Assembly: GCA_038212275.1 (NCBI GenBank)
Contig: JBBQUR010000004.1
Span: 204,744-268,743, forward strand
Reading direction: 5' to 3'
DNA from: Planctomycetota bacterium
GTDB lineage: Bacteria > Planctomycetota > B15-G4
DNA: 64,000 bases
Of this stretch, positions 54,716-64,000 are shown piece after piece. Made by a program: the position numbers and the translations under genes. The notes beneath the pieces are model-generated. The model searched no databases and had not been told where the DNA came from. It saw only the letters and a program-made list of their open reading frames with translations. Each line of letters begins with the position of its first letter. The stretch's first letter is position 1.

Positions 54716-55153
54716 CAGGAATGCGGGCGAAGGCGAACGTGTAGGAACCGACTGCGCCACTCGAGTCTGACATGGCGGCAGCGTGAGACGCACGACATGC
54801 CGAAGTCCGGCACCAGTGTATTCAAGAATTGCCGCGCTCGTGACCGTCCCACCCCCTTTTCACGAGGATTAGTTGCAGCGAATCTCCGGCTCTTGGTGCT
54901 CGGCTAACCCCAACGTCAACGATTCAGCGGAGTCCTCGTGCTTGAGTCCGCCCGCCGGTGACGCATGGGCGTCCTGGATCGCATGGACAGACACCGGCTG
55001 CATGTGGATGCTGGCACGGTTCGTACGGGCGCCGTGCGGGGGCGTGGGGTCAGGATGGCCCTGATGACAATCGAGACGGTACGGTCCGCCGAACAGGCTG
55101 CGAATATTCGCTGAAAATAAGGTGGAGAAGCGCGTTTTGGCGCGATCTGGAGC

Positions 55154-55594
55154 ATGACCCTGAAGACGATATCCACGAGTGACCTGCAGGCGGAACTCCT
55201 GCGTCGCGAAAAGACTGTCCGTGACCTTGCGAACCGCCGCGTCAGATTGGCCAGCGAACTCGCTGACCTGGACGCTGAGCTCGCCGCGCTCGGAGCGCCC
55301 GTCGGAAGCGGCACCCGGCGTCGTCCTGGCGCCCGACCAGACGGCGACACGAGCGAGGCGGACGAGCCCAGAACGACGCGACGGCGTGCCAGAAACGCCG
55401 TATCGCTTGCGGATGCCCTTGCGCAGTGCATGGAGATCCGCGCGGTGGTCACACCGGCTGAAGCCGCCGAGATGGTCATCCGGAACGGATACACCTCTAC
55501 CTCGAAGAACCTGGGCATGATGGTGAGCAACGCTCTCGCTCGAGACCCGCGGTTCAAGCGGGTCTCGCGCGGCCAATATGAGCGCGTCGGCTGA
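55154..55594 (+). CDS. Putative DNA-binding protein (coiled coil + basic linker + winged-helix-like end)
   Basis: GGAG SD; heptad N-terminus, Arg-rich linker, C-terminal 'VSNALARDPRFKRVSRGQY'. Confidence 0.7.
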   Translation: MTLKTISTSDLQAELLRREKTVRDLANRRVRLASELADLDAELAALGAPVGSGTRRRPGARPDGDTSEADEPRTTRRRARNAVSLADALAQCMEIRAVVTPAEAAEMVIRNGYTSTSKNLGMMVSNALARDPRFKRVSRGQYERVG

Positions 55595-55620
55595 CGCCGG
55601 CATACGCGGACTCGACACCG

Positions 55621-56250
55621 ATGGTCAGGCTCACAAGGATCTACACGCGAACTGGTGACGACGGTACGACCGGTCTTGGCGACGGATCCCGGGTATCCAA
55701 GGTGGATCCGCGCATAGAAGCCTACGGCACGGTTGACGAGCTGAACTGCGTCCTTGGCGTATGCCTTGATCTGATTCCCGCCGCGAATTCGCCGGCAACA
55801 GCACGGGCGAGCACCCGGCAACGCCTCATCCAGTTGCAGCAGGATCTCTTCGACCTCGGCGCCGATCTGTGCGTTCCGCACGATCCTCCGCCCCGCGGGT
55901 TTTCGCCGCTACGCATCGGCGCCGCACGAGTGCAGCGCCTTGAAGGCTGGATTGACGACATCAACGCGGGCCTCAGGCCCCTCGAAAGTTTCGTCCTGCC
56001 GGGTGGCAACCCGCTCGCTGCCCAACTGCACGTCGCACGCACGGTGGCGCGCCGTGCGGAACGCCGAGTGCAGGCACTGGCTGCCATCGAGACATGCAAC
56101 CCGCTCTGCACCGTCTACCTGAATCGCCTGTCCGACCTGCTGTTCGTGCTCGCCCGTGCAGCCGCGGGACCGGACGAAATCCTCTGGGTACCGACACGAG
56201 ACGGGGCACCCGACTCGGTCACGCCGCAGGATGGGACACCGGGAGCATGA
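55621..56250 (+). CDS. pduO: Cob(I)alamin adenosyltransferase, PduO type
   Basis: IYTRTGDDGTT, YGTVDELN, FVLPGG, RRAER, YLNRLSD. Confidence 0.94.
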   Translation: MVRLTRIYTRTGDDGTTGLGDGSRVSKVDPRIEAYGTVDELNCVLGVCLDLIPAANSPATARASTRQRLIQLQQDLFDLGADLCVPHDPPPRGFSPLRIGAARVQRLEGWIDDINAGLRPLESFVLPGGNPLAAQLHVARTVARRAERRVQALAAIETCNPLCTVYLNRLSDLLFVLARAAAGPDEILWVPTRDGAPDSVTPQDGTPGA

Positions 56251-56606
56251 ATACGCTGCTCTGCGGCACCGTTCTAGGCGCACTTGGTGTGGTCCTTGGC
56301 GCCTTCGGCGCGCACTCGCTGAAAGCCTCCCTCGAACCCGGACGGCTCGCGATTTTCGAGGTCGGAGTGCGCTACCAGTTGATCCATGCGTTGGCGTTGC
56401 TGCTCGTCGGGCTTGCACAACGAGGCGGTGACGGCACGGCCCTTCGCGCGACCGGCCCGCTGTTTGTCGCCGGCATCGCGCTCTTCAGCGGTTCGCTGTA
56501 TGGCCTCGCACTCGGTGGGCCTTCGTGGCTCGGCCCCGTCACACCGATCGGCGGGCTGCTGCTCATCGCCGGATGGATCTCGTTTGCCTTCGGCGTGCGC
56601 GGCTGA
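56247..56606 (+). CDS. DUF423 (YgdD) membrane protein
   Basis: GAFGAH, YQLIH, FSGSLY, TPIGG. Confidence 0.92.
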   Translation: MNTLLCGTVLGALGVVLGAFGAHSLKASLEPGRLAIFEVGVRYQLIHALALLLVGLAQRGGDGTALRATGPLFVAGIALFSGSLYGLALGGPSWLGPVTPIGGLLLIAGWISFAFGVRG

Positions 56607-56622
56607 AACGGGTACCACCGGC

Positions 56623-57747
56623 ATGGCACGCAACCTCGGATTCCATGTGCTCCGCACCGACCCATGCGGCGCAAGACGCGCGCGCTTCCATACGGCACAT
56701 GGCGGCGTCGAGACACCGACCTTCATGCCGGTCGGCACGCAGGGAGCCGTAAAGGCTCTGCTGCCGCGCGACGTTGCTGAGTGTGGCGCGGAAGTCGTGC
56801 TCGCGAATACCTACCACCTGAGCCTTGAGGACCGCACGGAACTCGTCGAGCGCAGCGGGGGCCTGCACTCGTTCATGGCCTGGCCCCGCACCATTCTCAC
56901 GGATTCCGGCGGATTCCAGGTTTTCAGTCTCCCCGGCAAGGAGGTCAGCGAGGCCGGCGTCTCCTTCCCGGCGGGAAAGGGACAGCCCCGACTCATGCTG
57001 GACCCGGAAGGGTCGATGGAAATCCAGCGTCGCCTCGGTGCAGACATCGTCATGGCTTTCGACGAGTGCCTCGAGCACGACGCTCCGAGACACGTCGTCG
57101 AAAGCAGCGTGGAGCGCACGGCGCGTTGGGCTCGGCGATGCCGGGGCGCGGAACTCGCAGCACACCAGTTCCTGTTCGGCATCATCCAAGGCGGCGTCCA
57201 CGAGGACCTGCGTCGCAAGAGCGCGGGGCAGATCGTCGCGCTGGACTTCGACGGATATGCGATCGGTGGAGTCAGTGTCGGCGAGGGCCATGAACTCATG
57301 AAGCAGGTCACCGCGTGGACCGCGCCGCTGCTGCCTGCGGATCGCCCGCGCTACCTCATGGGAGTCGGCCTGCCTGAAGACATGCTCGTCGCCATCGAGT
57401 TGGGCATGGACATGTTCGACTGCGTCATTCCCACGCGCTACGCACGGGGAGGCACGTTGTTCTCGCGAAGAGGCCGCATCCGCATCGGCGACAAGGTGCA
57501 TCGCCACGACCGAGACCCGATCGACACGAAGTGCAGCTGCTACACCTGCGCGAACTTTTCTCGACTGGTACTTCGCCACCTGCATTACGCGCACGAGCCG
57601 GTGTTCGAGACCCTCGCAAGCCTCCACAACGTGCGCTTTTATGAGGATCTCATGGCCGAGTCGCGCCACGAGATCGAGAGGGGGCGATTCGCACCCTGGA
57701 AGACAGCGTGGCTGAAACGCTACCGCGGAGGTGATGTCGCGGAATGA
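56623..57747 (+). CDS. tgt: Queuine tRNA-ribosyltransferase
   Basis: TPTFMPVGT, TDSGGFQVFSL, PRYLMGVG, DMFDCV.PTR, CxCxxC. Confidence 0.96.
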   Translation: MARNLGFHVLRTDPCGARRARFHTAHGGVETPTFMPVGTQGAVKALLPRDVAECGAEVVLANTYHLSLEDRTELVERSGGLHSFMAWPRTILTDSGGFQVFSLPGKEVSEAGVSFPAGKGQPRLMLDPEGSMEIQRRLGADIVMAFDECLEHDAPRHVVESSVERTARWARRCRGAELAAHQFLFGIIQGGVHEDLRRKSAGQIVALDFDGYAIGGVSVGEGHELMKQVTAWTAPLLPADRPRYLMGVGLPEDMLVAIELGMDMFDCVIPTRYARGGTLFSRRGRIRIGDKVHRHDRDPIDTKCSCYTCANFSRLVLRHLHYAHEPVFETLASLHNVRFYEDLMAESRHEIERGRFAPWKTAWLKRYRGGDVAE

Positions 57748-57790
57748 GCGTTGCCACGCTGGGGGCCTCGGATCTACCTGTTTGAGCCTG

Positions 57791-57828
57791 TTGATCGAGT
57801 CGCATCAGCGTGCTATGATACGCTGATG
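57791..57828 (+). promoter_or_regulatory. Sigma70 promoter with overlapping inverted repeat (candidate SahR operator)
   Basis: TTGATC-N17-TATGAT (extended TG); CATCAGCGT (57803-57811) / ACGCTGATG (57820-57828) flank the -10. Confidence 0.65.
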
Positions 57829-58788
57829 TCGCCTGCCTCCGTCTCGCCGTTGTCGCTCTTGCGGGTCTTCGCGGATTCGACGCGCCTTCGCCTTCTGGCG
57901 CTGCTTTCGCAATCCGAGCTGTCGGTAGGGGAGATCGCCCGCGCTCTGGCCATGGGGCAGAGCCGCGTGAGCAACCACCTCAAGCTCCTGCGCGACGCGG
58001 AACTCATCGCCGAACGACGAGAGGGATCGTTCACCCACTGCAGGCTGGTGGTGCCAGGTGGTGCGGCCGGAGCGCTCTGGAGCGCACTCGCGATGCAACT
58101 CGACCAGCTCGAGGAGCGCGAGGCAGACGATCGGCGCCTCGCGCTCGTGCTGGCCGACCGATCTGACAGCCGCGCCTTCTTTGACCGGATTGCAGGGGAC
58201 TGGGACCTCATCGGCAGCGACTTCACGCAGGGCACTGGTCGCCTCGAGGTGCTCGGGTGTCTCGTTCCGGATCAACTCGTCGTGGCGGACGTCGGATGCG
58301 GTACGGGCTACCTTGCCCGCGTGCTGGGTCAGCGAGTGGCGCGCGTGATCTGCGTGGACACTTCAGAGGCGATGCTCGACAAGGCACGCGCAAACCTAGC
58401 CGACAGTTCCGCGGAGCTGGAGTTCCGCACCGGCGCAATCGAATCGCTGCCGTTGAAGGACGCCGAGGTCGATGCGGCCTGCGCCCACATGGTGCTGCAC
58501 CACCTTCCTGAGCCGCGCCTTGGCATTGCCGAGATGGCACGCGTCGTACGTTCCGGCGGCCACGTCGTCAGCCTCGAATTGCTCCCGCATCACGAGAGTT
58601 GGATGCACGACGCCATGGCCGACACCCGCCTCGGCCTTGACCCGGCCGTTCTGGAGGCGGACTTCCGCGCGGCCGGGCTGATCGGCATTCGCCGGGAGGT
58701 GCTCACCGACAATTACGTGGTGGAACACCCCTCGGGCCGCAAGATGAGGCTCCCGCTCTACCTCGTCCGCGGCCGAAAGGCCGCGTGA
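57826..58788 (+). CDS. sahR: ArsR HTH + SAM-binding methyltransferase-domain regulator (SahR-like)
   Basis: ArsR '[11 protein letters not shown]', DVGCGTG, MVLHH; directly upstream of ahcY. Confidence 0.85.
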   Translation: MSPASVSPLSLLRVFADSTRLRLLALLSQSELSVGEIARALAMGQSRVSNHLKLLRDAELIAERREGSFTHCRLVVPGGAAGALWSALAMQLDQLEEREADDRRLALVLADRSDSRAFFDRIAGDWDLIGSDFTQGTGRLEVLGCLVPDQLVVADVGCGTGYLARVLGQRVARVICVDTSEAMLDKARANLADSSAELEFRTGAIESLPLKDAEVDAACAHMVLHHLPEPRLGIAEMARVVRSGGHVVSLELLPHHESWMHDAMADTRLGLDPAVLEADFRAAGLIGIRREVLTDNYVVEHPSGRKMRLPLYLVRGRKAA

Positions 58789-58870
58789 TGCTGCGAACTC
58801 CGCTTTGCGCGAAGCCGATACCGCATCTGTCCATGCTTTCCCATTTCCCAATCGCTACAGGAGCAACGAC

Positions 58871-60217
<1,347 letters not shown>

Positions 60218-60260
60218 GCGGCGTTGCCACACCCCGGGTGTGGTCCACGACTGGTCTCCA

Positions 60261-60297
60261 GCGGGCCGGTGCGGCAGCAATGCCCGCACCGGCCCGC
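60261..60297. terminator. 14 bp perfect hairpin after ahcY
   Basis: GCGGGCCGGTGCGG-N9-CCGCACCGGCCCGC. Confidence 0.55.
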
Positions 60298-60438
60298 GTC
60301 CTTCCCCGGCGAAGGCCACGGTGCGGGCCGGCTCATTCGCGCAGTGCGCATCTCGAATCCTCCGACGAAACCTCGGCCGAGCGGGCATTCCCCGCCTTGC
60401 TTCGCTAATCTCTGCATTCCCTCAGGAGCCTGCCTGCC

Positions 60439-61538
<1,100 letters not shown>

Positions 61539-61542
<4 letters not shown>

Positions 61543-61880
61543 TGCAGCTCCCGGCCGGCGCGCGCCCGGTGCAACTCGGGCAGGATGGTCCCGGCATACT
61601 GACGGTCCGCTGGAGCCACGGCCACGCGGGCAGGCACAACGTGCGCGATCTGCGCCTCGCCTGTCGCTGCGCCCAGTGCGTCGACGAGTGGACCGGACAG
61701 GCCCGCCTCGCGCCTGATTCCATCGCGCCGGACATCCACCCCCTCAACATCGACCCGGTGGGTCTGTACGGGCTTTCCATCAAGTGGTCCGACGGCCACG
61801 AAACAGGCATCTACACCTTCGAGGTCCTGGCTGAGCTCTGCCAGTGCGGTCAGTGCGCAGCCGCGGAAGCAAAAGCATGA
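61539..61880 (+). CDS. DUF971 / GBBH-like N-terminal domain protein
   Basis: [27 protein letters not shown]. Confidence 0.88.
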
Positions 61881-63151
61881 CAAGCGTCTCGACTCCCAAG
61901 GCATCCGCAGTCCACGGCCTGCAGCAGACGGACCCAGAGATCGCCGCGGCGATCTCGGCCGAGGCTGCGCGACAGGACCACGATCTCGAGCTCATCGCCT
62001 CGGAGAACTACTGCAGCGGTGCCGTGCGTGAGGCCGTCGGCTCGATCCTCACCAACAAATACGCGGAGGGTTATCCGGGCCGCCGCTACTACGGTGGCTG
62101 CGAACACGTGGACACCGTGGAATCCCTGGCGCGCGACCGGGCCAAGGCGCTCTTCGGCGCCGAAGGCGCCAACGTCCAGGCTCACAGCGGCAGCAGCGCG
62201 AACATGGCTGTCCTCATGGCGCTGCTCGCGCCGGGCGACAGCTACCTCGCCATGGACCTCGCCCACGGCGGACACCTCACGCACGGCCACCCGATGAGTT
62301 TCTCGGGCCAGCTTTACAGGCCAGTCGGCTACGGCGTGGACCGGCTGACAGAGCGCATCGACATGAAGGGCGTGGAGGCGCTGGCCCGCCAGCACCGCCC
62401 GAAGCTGATTCTCGCCGGCGCGAGCGCGTACTCGCGCACGATCGACTTCGCGCATTTCGCAGCCATCGCGAAGGATGTCGGCGCGATCTTCATGGTGGAC
62501 ATGGCGCACATCGCGGGACTGGTTGCCGCGGGCGTGCATCCGTCCCCGGTGCCACACGCGGACGTCGTCACGCTCACCACGCACAAGAGCCTGCGCGGGC
62601 CGCGCGGCGGCCTCATCCTGGCCCGGCAGCCACAGATGAAGGCCATCAACAGCAAGGTATTCCCCGGCATCCAGGGCGGTCCGCTCATGCACGTCATTGC
62701 GGGCAAGGCCGTGGCGCTGCACGAGGCGGCACAGCCATCCTTCCGCGAATACCAGCAGCGCGTGGTCGCCTCGGCGGCAGCCATGGCGGCGCAACTGACC
62801 CTGCGCGGCCTGCGCATCGTGTCGGGAGGAACGGACAATCATCTGCTGCTCGTCGACGTCGGCAGTCTCGGCCTCTCGGGCAAGCAGGCGGAGGACGCGC
62901 TCGGCGCCGCGCGCATCACCGTGAACAAGAACATGATTCCGTTCGACACGCGCCCGCCGATGGAGGCGAGCGGCGTGCGGATCGGCACGCCCGCCGTCTG
63001 CACGCGCGGATTTGGCCCGGTCGAGTGCACGCGCGTCGCCGACCTGATCGCCGACGTGCTGGCCGCGCCGGGCGACCCGTCCGTCCGCTCTCGCGCGGCC
63101 GGCGGCGTCGCGGAGCTTGCCCGCGACTTTCCTCTCTCGGCCATTCCCTGA
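61877..63151 (+). CDS. glyA: Serine hydroxymethyltransferase
   Basis: [45 protein letters not shown]. Confidence 0.98.
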   Translation: MTSVSTPKASAVHGLQQTDPEIAAAISAEAARQDHDLELIASENYCSGAVREAVGSILTNKYAEGYPGRRYYGGCEHVDTVESLARDRAKALFGAEGANVQAHSGSSANMAVLMALLAPGDSYLAMDLAHGGHLTHGHPMSFSGQLYRPVGYGVDRLTERIDMKGVEALARQHRPKLILAGASAYSRTIDFAHFAAIAKDVGAIFMVDMAHIAGLVAAGVHPSPVPHADVVTLTTHKSLRGPRGGLILARQPQMKAINSKVFPGIQGGPLMHVIAGKAVALHEAAQPSFREYQQRVVASAAAMAAQLTLRGLRIVSGGTDNHLLLVDVGSLGLSGKQAEDALGAARITVNKNMIPFDTRPPMEASGVRIGTPAVCTRGFGPVECTRVADLIADVLAAPGDPSVRSRAAGGVAELARDFPLSAIP

Positions 63152-63879
63152 TGGCCGGCCGCGGCGACACCTACGTCGTCGACATCGAGACGGTCGGCGT
63201 GCCGTGGGACACGCTCGACGAGCGCACGAGGGAGTACCTCCAGTCGCGCACGATGACCGAGAGCGAGCGCGAGGCAGTCCCGCATCGCCTCGGGCTCTCG
63301 CCTGGGACCGGCCGCGTCATCGTCATCGCGATGCAGAACGTGACCTCCGGTCCCAAGGGCGGCGTGCTCGTGGAATCGAGCGCAAGAGGAGAAGGCGCCG
63401 GCGCCTGGTCCGACAGCACCGGCCCGATGGGCTACCACCGCTACGACGGCGACGAGCGCGCGATGCTCGAGGAATTCTGGCGCATGGTCGCGAAGGCAGG
63501 GCGCATCGTCACGTTCAACGGACGCGCCTTCGACGGCCCGTTCCTCATGCTGCGTTCCGCGATGCTCGGCGTACGGCCCTCGCTGAACCTCGCCGGCTAT
63601 CGCTTCTCCGTGGACAGCCATTGCGACCTGGCCGAAGTGCTGAGTTTCTACGGCGCCGTGCGCACGAACTACAGCCTCGACTACTGGTGCCGACGTTTCG
63701 GCATCACCTCGCCGAAGGAGGAAGGCCTCGACGGTTCCAAGGTGCAGCCCTACTACGAAGCGGGGCGGTTGGAGGAGATCGTGAGCTACTGCGTGCGCGA
63801 CGTCGTCGCGACGGCCGGGCTGTATGCGGCGCTGAAGGACACGCTGCTGCCTTTGTTCGACACCTCACGGGGGCGGTAG
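63151..63879 (+). CDS. PolB-like 3'-5' exonuclease (DEDDy)
   Basis: DIET, TFNGRAFD.PFL, H.DL, SLD, YC..DV. Confidence 0.85.
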   Translation: MAGRGDTYVVDIETVGVPWDTLDERTREYLQSRTMTESEREAVPHRLGLSPGTGRVIVIAMQNVTSGPKGGVLVESSARGEGAGAWSDSTGPMGYHRYDGDERAMLEEFWRMVAKAGRIVTFNGRAFDGPFLMLRSAMLGVRPSLNLAGYRFSVDSHCDLAEVLSFYGAVRTNYSLDYWCRRFGITSPKEEGLDGSKVQPYYEAGRLEEIVSYCVRDVVATAGLYAALKDTLLPLFDTSRGR

Positions 63880-64000
63880 AGACGTCGAGGGCGCCCCGCG
63901 CTTGGGGCGCGGCTTCGCTTGGCCGGGAGCTGCCCCTGGGGTCGAGAGGCGCGGGAGTCGCGTGGCACGGGGAGTGGGCGGGGGGGGGGGGGTGTGGGGG

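Noticed and set aside
63960..64000. G-rich run / G-quadruplex
   Set aside because: Poly-G at the window end is a common sequencing or assembly artefact

Overview
A GC-rich bacterial chromosome segment, probably Planctomycetota (inferred from CRTAC1/FG-GAP/TPR proteins, a TsaC-phosphatase fusion before rpiB, a Gld-like ABC plus DUF4340, and a gspD-J cluster). Most of it is housekeeping: icd, pyk, dcd, sucCD, tatA, mobA, polyprenyl synthase, rhomboid, serS, gspDEFGHIJ, PTS IIA, rpsU, rpiB, a sigma54 two-component pair, dnaK, purN, yggS, tilS, gap-pgk-rpe-accD, pduO, tgt, sahR-ahcY, mrp and glyA. The one clear accessory element is a ~5.2 kb island in tRNA-Asn(GTT), bounded by a perfect 56 bp direct repeat (48234-48289 / 53377-53432). 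Its tyrosine integrase reads through the att core, antisense to the tRNA, and stops in the host part of the tRNA. The same frame is open for 86 more codons inside the far end of the island. Excision would therefore swap the integrase C-terminus (460 to 543 aa), a candidate recombination-controlled switch. The island looks internally deleted, since it carries only half of a PLD/helicase/DUF3427-type restriction gene. Other points of interest: a sensorless kinase/NtrC pair beside a sigma54-type dnaK promoter, a pseudopilin with Ca-binding repeats, a Rok-like DNA-binding candidate and several apparently leaderless genes. All calls come from motif recognition by eye; no searches were run.
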